A DNA stretch of 64,000 nucleotides. Origin: a virus. Both the position numbers and the translations under genes were made by a program. A model generated the notes under the pieces. The model was not told the origin of the DNA. It made no database searches and worked only from the letters and a program-made list of their open reading frames with translations. Positions 1-9,270 of this stretch are shown one piece after another. Location of the stretch: the IMG/VR virus record IMGVR_UViG_3300025133_000022, positions 128,538 through 192,537 of that record. The stretch is one strand, 5' to 3'. Every line of letters begins with the position of its first letter. The stretch's first letter is position 1.

Positions 1-45
1 TCCTAGGGGAAGCCACATATACAAACTTATATTTATGACTAACGA

Positions 46-645
46 TCATTTTAGTTTCCTTACCACCACTTCGATAGAATACTCTCCGCCACTATGAACG
101 TGAGGTGGGCTGTCTGGCCTCTCTTGCAAGGTTCTAGCACTCAGAACCTTGTAGTTCATGCCTGGAGCAAGGGGGGCGAGCTGCTGTCCAAGCCAATGGA
201 CCAGCCCTATCGTATGAGGTAGCTCATAAAAATCTAACAAATAAAACCGCTTATGGTCACCATTCCAACGACTTGGTAATGCCCGCTTCTTTTCATACAA
301 ATCTCGCTCAGGTACCATAATAATCATGTAACCACCTGGCTTAAGAATGCGCCACCAATTTTTCATTGCTGTTTCAGCATCTTCAATATGCTCAAGAAGA
401 TGACTTGCATGCACGTAGTCAAACTGCTCATCAGCAACATTTCTCATGAGAGTTGCGTCGCCCTGACCATGAATCATATCAAACATATATACTTCACCAC
501 CAGAATCAACAGGGTCAAAGCCACAGCCAATATCAATGCCCAAGCCTTGGCAATAGCTCTTAAAGAAGCCTTCGCGCTCTCTACGTGCATGAGCTTTTGT
601 AGTTTCGTGCGGTTCCCGATTAAAATGAAAGTTGTATTGGGTCAT
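46..645 (-). CDS. Class I SAM-dependent methyltransferase (Methyltransf_11-like), 199 aa
   Basis: Motif I GIDIGCG, then GDAT and the post-II motif QFDYVHASHLLEHI followed by WWRILKPGG. ATG (643-645) overlaps the TGA stop of the upstream GT9 gene (ATGA). Confidence 0.88.
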   Translation of the reverse strand: MTQYNFHFNREPHETTKAHARREREGFFKSYCQGLGIDIGCGFDPVDSGGEVYMFDMIHGQGDATLMRNVADEQFDYVHASHLLEHIEDAETAMKNWWRILKPGGYMIIMVPERDLYEKKRALPSRWNGDHKRFYLLDFYELPHTIGLVHWLGQQLAPLAPGMNYKVLSARTLQERPDSPPHVHSGGEYSIEVVVRKLK

Positions 646-1622
646 AATAGTCTCGTGTACTGATTAAAAATATCGTCTACCCTGATGTCCTTTAAGCATT
701 TGAGCCCAAAAGGGCAAACTCTATACCAGCAAGGACAACAGTCTAAATGTAGACTCTGAATAGGTACGTGTGTTGGGTAATGTTGTGTGCGCGCCTGGTG
801 TGGAATAGGTCCAAAGATAATAACACTCTTCGCACCTACGGCAGCAGCCACATGCATAGGCCCGCTATCCGGACCAACATACACATTGGCTTGCCTAATC
901 AAAGAAGCCATCTGCCTTACTGTCGTTTTACTATAGTTGACTACATTTGGATGATCCTTCCAGGTTTTGATTCGCTGATTGAAATCAAAAACCCAGAAGA
1001 TGGTTTGCTGCTGTTTTTCAGCAGCCATCTGCACAAGCTCAATATACTTTTCAGGAGGCCAAGACCTCCTGTGTTCTTCACTGTCTACATGTAAAGCTAC
1101 GACAGGGCCTGCATGCCCTGCACGAACCGCACCAGCCCAAGTAGCTTCAGCAGCCACTTCGTGATAGCAAGGTACTGGGTGCTGCAAGTAGGGGATACCT
1201 AGACGTTGCTTAAACCAGTCGATACGTCCCTGGGTGCCATGCACTTCAACATTCATGATGTTTTTGTTGGCATTGCCAACGTAATCATATCTGCTCTCAG
1301 TCAACTGACTGATATTCACATGCTCATCGATCCAAGGACAATGCCTAACAATATCATAATAGATGTCACCAGATTTACCCTTGCCTTTTCGATAGTAAGC
1401 TAAAGCTAAATGACAGTTGGGGAAAGTCTCTTTGATCTGTCGCAGAGACGGCAAAATCATAATCTGATCCCCCAGACCGCAAAGTTCCTGGACAACGCAT
1501 ATCCGTCCTTCTGGATGCTTACGTAAATAAGCCCACAAGTGTGGAGTGCGTTTAGGAACAGAAACAGCCTTGATGTCTCTACCCTTCCTTACCTTCTGCT
1601 TCTTAAGCAATGCGCGTCTCAT
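642..1622 (-). CDS. Glycosyltransferase family 9 (ADP-heptose heptosyltransferase-like, GT-B fold), copy 2
   Basis: N-terminal GLGDQIMILPSLRQIKETFP, central HVDSEEHRRSWP, C-terminal VGPDSGPMHVAAAVGAKSVIIFG and Cys cluster CCPCWYRVCPFGLKC. The ORF track starts at TTG 1661; ATG 1622 is preferred because AGGAGGG lies just upstream (1626-1632). Confidence 0.88.
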   Translation of the reverse strand: MRRALLKKQKVRKGRDIKAVSVPKRTPHLWAYLRKHPEGRICVVQELCGLGDQIMILPSLRQIKETFPNCHLALAYYRKGKGKSGDIYYDIVRHCPWIDEHVNISQLTESRYDYVGNANKNIMNVEVHGTQGRIDWFKQRLGIPYLQHPVPCYHEVAAEATWAGAVRAGHAGPVVALHVDSEEHRRSWPPEKYIELVQMAAEKQQQTIFWVFDFNQRIKTWKDHPNVVNYSKTTVRQMASLIRQANVYVGPDSGPMHVAAAVGAKSVIIFGPIPHQARTQHYPTHVPIQSLHLDCCPCWYRVCPFGLKCLKDIRVDDIFNQYTRLL

Positions 1623-2574
1623 AAGCCCTCCTGATCTCTGCAGCAACTGACTGAACTTCAATATTCTTCATGCACTTAATATCGTAGGGACACTTACTAT
1701 ACCAACAAGGTGCACAAGCTGCTCCAGAAGTAATAGCCTTATGAGAAGGGTAGTAGTTGATACGCGAACCAGGAGGAATGCTGCCAAACAGCACTACACT
1801 CTTGGTGCCCAGGGCACCAGCAATATGCATAGGTCCGCTATCCGGACCAACAAATATATCTGCACGCTGAATCCAAGCACCAAGCTCTCGAATCGAACAG
1901 CAACTGATATCTTTACAACTGTCAAATCTGTTCCATCTCTGATATTTTTGATTAAAATCAGCAATCAAAAATTTAATAGGAAGATCAGACAATTGCTCAA
2001 CAAGCTCCAAATATTTAGCTATAGGCCAACATCGTTTCTCTTCGTTGGATGCTGTGTGAAGAAGTACATAAAAGACCCCATTGTGAGGAACTGCTTCGCT
2101 AGATTCTACCTGGTAGAACGGACGCTTGGACTTGAGGCTTGAGAAACCAGCAGCCCTGGCAAATAAATCAATTCTGTTCAACTCGGGCAATCCAGAATGC
2201 TCATATCTTAGACATACAGAACTAACATTAAGAACAAAATCATAGCTGCCGCGCTGAACATATCTAGCGTCAACGATACTGTCAACAAAGGGTGCATTTC
2301 TTACTAGCTGGTGGTAAACACCACCACCAGTCGTATGCATATCAATTGCAAAAGTTAAACTCACCTTCGGAAAAGATTTTTTGATCTCACGCAGGACGGG
2401 AGTCAACATCAATACGTCACCAATCCCTCCAACCTTCCTAACAATACAAACTTTTGCATTAGGTTTCTTAAGCAAGAACTGAGCAAGACGAATCTTGCCT
2501 CCAGGACCTTGGGCCCGAGGTGTAGGCCTGGCAGTCCTTTTACTCAACAGTGATCGTCGAGCAATGGAACGCAT
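1603..2574 (-). CDS. Glycosyltransferase family 9 (ADP-heptose heptosyltransferase-like), copy 1
   Basis: GGIGDVLMLTPVLREIKKSFP, HTASNEEKRCWP, FVGPDSGPMHIAGALGTKSVVLFG, CAPCWYSKCPYDIKC. ATG 2572-2574 forms a TGATG overlap with the upstream tail gene (ORF track start 2586). Confidence 0.88.
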   Translation of the reverse strand: MRSIARRSLLSKRTARPTPRAQGPGGKIRLAQFLLKKPNAKVCIVRKVGGIGDVLMLTPVLREIKKSFPKVSLTFAIDMHTTGGGVYHQLVRNAPFVDSIVDARYVQRGSYDFVLNVSSVCLRYEHSGLPELNRIDLFARAAGFSSLKSKRPFYQVESSEAVPHNGVFYVLLHTASNEEKRCWPIAKYLELVEQLSDLPIKFLIADFNQKYQRWNRFDSCKDISCCSIRELGAWIQRADIFVGPDSGPMHIAGALGTKSVVLFGSIPPGSRINYYPSHKAITSGAACAPCWYSKCPYDIKCMKNIEVQSVAAEIRRAYETRIA

Positions 2575-4292
2575 CAGCGATACCAAACAACTTGAAGTGC
2601 AACAAGCCCAACGTCATCAGCCCAATCATCATCAGCATGAGCTACATCTCTGCTAACTTTAATATTAAGAAGACCTAGCGAACTACCAGTCAAAACAATT
2701 ACTGGCCATTCGAGCACAATTATATTATCAATATGAGCTATGTTGAGAAGTGTTGCGGTCTGGACCAGGGCAGCATCCCAACCTGGATCAATGAGTTGTT
2801 TATGAGCAATAGTAGAGGGAGTGCCAGTGCCAGTGCCCACTTGAACATTTATGGCAACCCCAGCCCCGCCTGGGTATGCACCGCCATTGGGGCCTAAAAG
2901 AAAAGAAGCAATAATTTTAACACGCCGTGGCGTGTCGTTGTTCTCGTCCAGCGGGATGGGTACGGTTGTATACGCGTTCTCTTGCACCTGATTGTCAAAG
3001 TTGCGCATCTGCACAACATAATCGCTCATCTCATATGTATCAAGAGAAGGTCCGCTATCAGCTGCAAACTTTAAAAATTCAGCAGCTCGAACAGTAGTAT
3101 GCCCAACCTCAAGTTCTTTAACAATACCATCTCTAGTGATTTGAGCATTGCCATCAGAGCCATCACTATTCTGATAATACAGCTCCACATCTGCACTAGT
3201 GCCATCTGGACGAGTGTTAAGACGCCCTACACCAGCAGACGCAGCAGGACCAACAGTACTAACTGCCATCTCAAGCCAAGTATCAGCTGCAAGAGAAGCT
3301 CCAGTAGAAGTCAGTTGTCCAGCAACCGTCGAGGTGCTATCAATCCACTCAAGCAAAGTGCCTAGAGGAGTGCTGGTATCATCTTTAACTCGAATGGCAC
3401 CAAACGAATTTGTAAGTTGTAAGTTCCCGGCAGTGCCAACAGCGCCACCGTCATAGCCATCCTGAAGCGTATCAACCAAAGTGCGTTGATCAAGCTTCCA
3501 GATAGCCTCTTCTAAGGAATCGCTATCTGCAATATCTGCGAGAGTACCACCATAAGCACTGTAATCTGGACTACTGTCAACTGAGCTATCCATACCAGTG
3601 AAGGTTTGAATAGCTGTCAGATCGGCAGGCAGGCCATCAACAACAGTCTGGTCAAGTGTAGTGTCAATAGTAATCTCACTAAGAGCGACAATCAAAGATA
3701 AAGCAGGGTACGAATTGGCATATGTGTTGCCTGTGCTAGGGAAGCCACTAAAGAATGCCCCAACAGCATCCAGGGCCTGACTTACTGAATAAGATAGGTT
3801 GGGTAACCCATCGCCATCAAGAGTGTAGTTGGGCCCCATAGTGTCATACGCAATCTGCTTCAAATCTAAAACATTGCTCTGAATTAAAGACCGAAGTTCA
3901 GTATCATCATATTCATCAGAATCTAATGCTTGTTGGATTTCATTCTCCAACCTGGCAATCTCAGCAAGGAGGACATCAATAGTCTCCTTGACCGTGCGAG
4001 CGCGCGCCTGATCTTCTGTCCAATATGCTTCAGCATCTGCTGCTGTCGCATGAATGCTTGTATAGATAACATTGCCAGACAAACCGTAATCAAGCGCATT
4101 AAGGTCTTGCTCGCTGCTTAAAACCTGGACTAATTCCTTGTAGACTGTATTGAGCTGATATACAATCGCAGCAATATCTTTTCTCACATTGTCTGCAAAG
4201 GCTGCTCGCTCAACTTCAGTACGCATGCGCCCAGTGTTTGTACCACTGCGTTGAACAAGAGATTGGAGTTCGTCAGTTAGTTTACCGGCCAT
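2574..4292 (-). CDS. Putative tail fibre/appendage protein, 572 aa
   Basis: Last structural-type gene of the tail module. It has N-terminal helical/coiled-coil segments (LLAEIARLENEIQQAL), an acidic Asp/Ser/Thr/Gly-rich middle and a beta-strand-rich C-terminus. Function inferred from position and composition. Confidence 0.45.
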   Translation of the reverse strand: MAGKLTDELQSLVQRSGTNTGRMRTEVERAAFADNVRKDIAAIVYQLNTVYKELVQVLSSEQDLNALDYGLSGNVIYTSIHATAADAEAYWTEDQARARTVKETIDVLLAEIARLENEIQQALDSDEYDDTELRSLIQSNVLDLKQIAYDTMGPNYTLDGDGLPNLSYSVSQALDAVGAFFSGFPSTGNTYANSYPALSLIVALSEITIDTTLDQTVVDGLPADLTAIQTFTGMDSSVDSSPDYSAYGGTLADIADSDSLEEAIWKLDQRTLVDTLQDGYDGGAVGTAGNLQLTNSFGAIRVKDDTSTPLGTLLEWIDSTSTVAGQLTSTGASLAADTWLEMAVSTVGPAASAGVGRLNTRPDGTSADVELYYQNSDGSDGNAQITRDGIVKELEVGHTTVRAAEFLKFAADSGPSLDTYEMSDYVVQMRNFDNQVQENAYTTVPIPLDENNDTPRRVKIIASFLLGPNGGAYPGGAGVAINVQVGTGTGTPSTIAHKQLIDPGWDAALVQTATLLNIAHIDNIIVLEWPVIVLTGSSLGLLNIKVSRDVAHADDDWADDVGLVALQVVWYR

Positions 4293-6301
4293 TAAATTAC
4301 TCTCACTTTAAAAGAATCGATTCGTGGAGTCTGTCCCTCATCACTTGTACTAAGCAGGGCCTTCACGTATAGCTGATTGGTTTCACTAGACTGCACAGTC
4401 CAACTTGGACTATATTGCTCATCCAACCAAGAAGCATCGGTTTTGTCAACCTTAACTTTAATGTACCAGTTCTCGTCTCCATCTTCAACAGTGAACATTC
4501 CGTAATACAAAGAGTCACCTGGCTCCGAATAAGCAAATTCCTCAGGAGATCTGTAAACCATCAATTTGCCAAAATACTGATCTGCCCCTTGGTATATTTC
4601 CTCACCAGAGAAGCTATCAGGATACACATAGCCTTCAACAAGATATCTGTGATTGTATGGATAAAGTGGGTCAGCTCGCTCTAAGGCATCAACAGAGGTG
4701 AGACCTGCGCTCACCTCTGCCCAGTTGCTATCTGAAGTAGCAAAAACCGTATAGCCAGACGGCAAAAACACAAGCCCACTCACGAGGGAGCCATTAATAT
4801 GCGCACTGGTGTCACCAAGATCCAAGTACCTGCCATCAGGATCGTCAACATATAAAGTTGTGCTGTACTGCTGAGTGCTCTCTTCAAAGACCCAGCCAGC
4901 CGCAACACCAAGAACCTCTGCGTACCGATCGACAGGTACGTTGCGCTTAATTACAAAGCTGTTAACAGGGACATAGTTGGTCCAGTCAGCTAATACATAG
5001 GTATTGAGCACTGCTTCCGTTTGAAAATCTACATCCTCCATACCATCTACTGCTTCAAGAATAGCTCCGCTAGCAATAGAATCGTCTATAAAGCTTAAAC
5101 TTTGGTCAGATGTTCCGTCACCAAAAGAAATAAAATTACCAGAATCGGCATCATGCGAAACGCCTACCCAATCTTCACCATCTTGAGAAAGGTAAAAACT
5201 TACAGAAGTGTTATCAGGTTCCGCTACACACGCACTCATAGTTGCCTTAGTGAAAAATACCGGATTGCCTGTATCATCAATGACATCATAAGGACCGCAA
5301 ACAAGAGTGCTGCGACGACTAGGTTTAAAACCATCAGCATACATCTTGATAGAATCTAATGAAAAGATATACATGTAGCTGTTCTTGTTAGGACTTGTAC
5401 TATCGGCAGCATCCTTAGAAAAAGTCAACTGAATTTTCCTAACACCATCAAGTCCAATTTGGTACGACATCTCAGAAGTAGCCTGTTGTTCAACAGGCTC
5501 AAGAGCTGACCAGCTACTACCATCAAGACTATAAAAACAGCTACTAGTCATTTTCTTATTGACAGACACTGGCAAGCCATTAATTCTTAAATCACCCACA
5601 TAGGTGGGTTCAGGCAGTTCGAGCGTTATTACCAACGTTACGCGTGCCTGCTGTTCCTTAGTATAAACGATGTACTCCCAAAGAGTACCATCGTCTTTCT
5701 TGAGAGAGCTGATTGGGCTGCTCGCTCGCACGCCAACTATATTGGCAGTACCAGCACTAGTAGCATTCAGTTTCAATTTGTCCAAATCTACAGGAGTGTA
5801 GCCTGTTCGACCTAATGTAGTGTACCCAGCCTCAACCGTAGCATTGCTTAGACTATGATTGACATAAACTTGAGTATCGAAAGTCTCCTCAACGCCAACT
5901 GTGAAAGCATCAGCAGCACCATTCAAAAGCAAAAGGTTATCAAGTCTCGACTCTGTTTGATCAAGCAATCGACCAACCCGACGAGCAGTGCCGTAAAAAC
6001 CCTTATGCGAATCTTCAAGCTGCTGAATGAGATTATCAAGACGCTCACTAAGAGTTGTGGCGTCATCCCACATAGCAATTCTATTGGTGTTCTCAACACC
6101 AGCACTGCTTATGCCTTTAAACCTGGGTCTTTCTAAATCAAACCCACTTACGCCAACAATGTCTACAGTTGGGTAAGCTTGCTTTTCCTTAAAGAAAAGC
6201 TGGTTAAGCTCAGCGTCAGTGGGGCTGCGTTGGTTTTCGCTTATAAAGCGCTGTACTGCACGACGCCTAAGCGTCTTGCTGTAAGATTCTGAAATTGGCA
6301 T
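4292..6301 (-). CDS. Baseplate-periphery/fibre-anchoring virion protein, paralogue 3 (~670 aa)
   Basis: Shares architecture and motifs with the two upstream genes (helical N-terminus, LxLEL jelly-roll-like segment, C-terminal TPRIDSFKVRV). TGATG overlap at 6301 suggests the ATG start. Confidence 0.5.
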   Translation of the reverse strand: MPISESYSKTLRRRAVQRFISENQRSPTDAELNQLFFKEKQAYPTVDIVGVSGFDLERPRFKGISSAGVENTNRIAMWDDATTLSERLDNLIQQLEDSHKGFYGTARRVGRLLDQTESRLDNLLLLNGAADAFTVGVEETFDTQVYVNHSLSNATVEAGYTTLGRTGYTPVDLDKLKLNATSAGTANIVGVRASSPISSLKKDDGTLWEYIVYTKEQQARVTLVITLELPEPTYVGDLRINGLPVSVNKKMTSSCFYSLDGSSWSALEPVEQQATSEMSYQIGLDGVRKIQLTFSKDAADSTSPNKNSYMYIFSLDSIKMYADGFKPSRRSTLVCGPYDVIDDTGNPVFFTKATMSACVAEPDNTSVSFYLSQDGEDWVGVSHDADSGNFISFGDGTSDQSLSFIDDSIASGAILEAVDGMEDVDFQTEAVLNTYVLADWTNYVPVNSFVIKRNVPVDRYAEVLGVAAGWVFEESTQQYSTTLYVDDPDGRYLDLGDTSAHINGSLVSGLVFLPSGYTVFATSDSNWAEVSAGLTSVDALERADPLYPYNHRYLVEGYVYPDSFSGEEIYQGADQYFGKLMVYRSPEEFAYSEPGDSLYYGMFTVEDGDENWYIKVKVDKTDASWLDEQYSPSWTVQSSETNQLYVKALLSTSDEGQTPRIDSFKVRVI

Positions 6302-9270
6302 CAAGTAAACCTAAAAGCAAAAAGGTTGAACAGGGGAGTAAAATAATCTCGAAGGCTTTGCAAACTGGTTTCACCATCTTGTTTTGCCCAAATGACTTTT
6401 ACTAATCTATTGATCTGCTTTAAGCCCTCTGTTCGGACTTCCACAGAATTAGTCGAGCGATCATATGAATATCTTTTGATTTCACGACCTATATTATACG
6501 CCACTTTATGAGAGCTTGCTTTGTATTGCACTGTCGCGTTTGACTGAAGATCACTACCACCATAAAAAACTCCATTGCGATAGTCTACAGAATATTTGTT
6601 TTGAGGTTCAAATTCGGGATCTTGATAATAGTAATAGATACTAATACCTCCATCAAGAACGCCACCAACACCTACCCAGACAGTTACACTACCATCTGAA
6701 TCGACATGATAGTCGCCGGTACTAACAACAGCACTGGCCAAAGACTTCTTATTGGAAAAGAATGCAGTATCACTAAACAGTACTTCAAACCCTTCATACC
6801 AGAGAGCACCTGCCGCAAGCTTGAAAGTAACAATGCCAGCAGTGTCCTCGGTTAAAGCCGTAACTTCCTTATCCATAGTGACTAGACCAAGAAACTCAGT
6901 TTTCCCATCTTGGAAAACAACTTCCTCAGGATCTCCATCAGCATCAAACATACTGTCAGACACAAGCAAACTGCCCTTGACAACGTAATCATAAGACAAA
7001 GTTAATGCATCAGAAGCGGTACCAATACTCGCGTTGCGAGTTTCGAATACGCCAGTCAGCGGATTTATCCGCTTAGATAAACTGCCACCCACAGTGTCGG
7101 TAGCTTCTTTGGCTTGAAAAGCCGATGAAGATATACGAAGCCCCCATGGACGTACGCTTTCTTCAGAATAAACAATATCAAAATTATCCTGAGATAATTC
7201 CTGGCCCGCCTGATGTGGAAAGGTTGCACGCACAGTATCGGAATCAAATTCGCTATTTAACCACAAAATGCCATTCACGCTATCTAACATGTAGCCATTA
7301 GAAGTAATAAGCAAGTCCGTTCTGCTAGTCACTTCAACGTAAGTCACTCCATTAGAACTTGTCAAACTAAAGGAATCGTCCTCAATATTTGTTACGCCAA
7401 GGTCAATAACCTTTTTGTCCCTGGGTAGTAGTTTAGTTATACGCCCACTAGACCGAGGGTGGTAGGTAATATCAATATTGTCCTTGTCAGGATCAAACAG
7501 CAATTCCATCCGATGGTAAAAACCATCAGCCCTCTCCTCAAACAACATACGCTCTTCTTCGAAAACAGCTGCAACCCGAGCGCCATCAGCAAGATCGCTG
7601 CTGAAAATCAATTCAGTAAAATCATCAGAAAAGCTCCACTCATTAGCGCCAACAACACTGTCGTCCTCTTGGTAAGTGTATTCAACTCGATTGACATACA
7701 CAAACATTTGGTTTGGTCTCAAACCACTTTCAACCACAGGGAAAGGCAACTCAATTCGACTAGTTGTACCTGTACCAGTACCAAGAAGAACTCTACGTAA
7801 TTTACCACCACGCCTCGCAATGCGTGGCTGCATAACAAAGACATCGCCACGAGCAGGCGTTTCAGGTAAAGCAAATGTAGCAGGACTCTTAAAGCGACTA
7901 GCAGGTCTCATGAAATGATTCACTTCTCTCAAGCCACTAGCAACGGGAAGAAAGCTAGCAGCATTTGCTAATGCGTCGTCATCCCTAGAAAGCGCAAGAC
8001 GCCACAACGCAGTAGTCTCAGTTCCCTCCATAAGGACACTTTGACCAATCCCGTCATCAACATTTTCTAATTGTACCCAACTCTCACCACCATCAAAACT
8101 CATTTCTACAAGCGCATCAAAAAGTTCAGGAGCCGGCGGCCAAACACTGACAACAGGAATCGCTGCATACAGGCCATTGCGAATATCGCGCTCAACAGAA
8201 TTGATGCCACCCTGACTGCTATATTTAAACTTATTAACTGCAATGTTCTCTAACCCCACAGCATACCTGCGACGACTAGTAGCACTACCATTGTTGCTAG
8301 CAACTTTAATCAAGTAGTTGTAACTTTGCTTAAGTTTAATAGTAATAGTTTTTGTCTGAACAGGAAGAAAACTCAAACTCCATTCGCTATCGTTTCCTGC
8401 AGACTTAACTGCCAAACGATCAGGGTCCAAACTACCAGCAAGATCTCTAATGCCAACAGTACTACCCGCACTTGTAAAGATAATGTCCTCAACAGCAAAG
8501 CTGTAGGACTGTCCAATATTCAGAGGAGTCAATGTGATGTTGTTCACAACATCAACCTTGCTCAACTCAAGAACAAGACTCAATTCAAGCGGACCACTAT
8601 CTAATCTTTCGTATTCAAACCAATTGTTAACATCGCCATTTATTGCATACTCAGGAGAAATGTTGTTCGTAGTCACAGCCTCGTCAGAATTGCCTGACTG
8701 ACCATTGGACCCACTGCCGATAGCAATGCTTTTTACAGACAGACTCTGCCTGCTCGAGACAGGCAGAGTTAGCACCCCCTGAGCAGTGTCAGCATAGCAA
8801 CTATCAGTGCTGGTGAATTTAGTGTCTAAATTATCTAAATTCAAGAAGTGCTCGCTCAAAACAAACCTAGCTTCCTCTCCATTCCAGAGAGCGAGAGTTG
8901 CTCGCTTCTGTCTAATGCGTTTCATTTTCCCTAGCAAATCCGTCAAAACGTATTGTTCGCTATTGTAATGATCAACAAAAAGCTGAGTAAGTTTTCGAAG
9001 TTTAGAAAGCGACACCTTCATCTGGTAAACGTACTGACTGTAAAACTCGTCATAGTTATCATATTCTGGATAATCTCCAGGACGCAGTTCTTGAAGTTTG
9101 TAATCAAGATCAAGAAGACGCTCAAGCAATACAACTGCCCTAGCCTCAATAAGAAGTTTGTCTTCGTGAGTTTGTGCTGCTCTTCTCAGAACGATAAACT
9201 CGCCAAGAAAATCTTTCAAAGCCTCCACTTCGGCAAGATAGCTTTGACTGACAGTTGAATTAATTGACAT
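6301..9270 (-). CDS. Baseplate-periphery/fibre-anchoring virion protein, paralogue 2 (~990 aa)
   Basis: Long ORF in the tail module with a carbohydrate-binding/discoidin-like segment (YAINGDVNNWFEY...LSLVLEL) and C-terminal FTPLFNLFAFRF. ATG 9270 or GTG 9276 start. Confidence 0.5.
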   Translation of the reverse strand: MSINSTVSQSYLAEVEALKDFLGEFIVLRRAAQTHEDKLLIEARAVVLLERLLDLDYKLQELRPGDYPEYDNYDEFYSQYVYQMKVSLSKLRKLTQLFVDHYNSEQYVLTDLLGKMKRIRQKRATLALWNGEEARFVLSEHFLNLDNLDTKFTSTDSCYADTAQGVLTLPVSSRQSLSVKSIAIGSGSNGQSGNSDEAVTTNNISPEYAINGDVNNWFEYERLDSGPLELSLVLELSKVDVVNNITLTPLNIGQSYSFAVEDIIFTSAGSTVGIRDLAGSLDPDRLAVKSAGNDSEWSLSFLPVQTKTITIKLKQSYNYLIKVASNNGSATSRRRYAVGLENIAVNKFKYSSQGGINSVERDIRNGLYAAIPVVSVWPPAPELFDALVEMSFDGGESWVQLENVDDGIGQSVLMEGTETTALWRLALSRDDDALANAASFLPVASGLREVNHFMRPASRFKSPATFALPETPARGDVFVMQPRIARRGGKLRRVLLGTGTGTTSRIELPFPVVESGLRPNQMFVYVNRVEYTYQEDDSVVGANEWSFSDDFTELIFSSDLADGARVAAVFEEERMLFEERADGFYHRMELLFDPDKDNIDITYHPRSSGRITKLLPRDKKVIDLGVTNIEDDSFSLTSSNGVTYVEVTSRTDLLITSNGYMLDSVNGILWLNSEFDSDTVRATFPHQAGQELSQDNFDIVYSEESVRPWGLRISSSAFQAKEATDTVGGSLSKRINPLTGVFETRNASIGTASDALTLSYDYVVKGSLLVSDSMFDADGDPEEVVFQDGKTEFLGLVTMDKEVTALTEDTAGIVTFKLAAGALWYEGFEVLFSDTAFFSNKKSLASAVVSTGDYHVDSDGSVTVWVGVGGVLDGGISIYYYYQDPEFEPQNKYSVDYRNGVFYGGSDLQSNATVQYKASSHKVAYNIGREIKRYSYDRSTNSVEVRTEGLKQINRLVKVIWAKQDGETSLQSLRDYFTPLFNLFAFRFT

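Noticed and set aside
46-2574. Host LPS-core (waa) locus flanking a prophage
   Set aside because: Genes are overlap-coupled to the tail gene on the same strand with no att-like gap or other waa genes. This cannot be fully excluded because the window ends 45 nt later.
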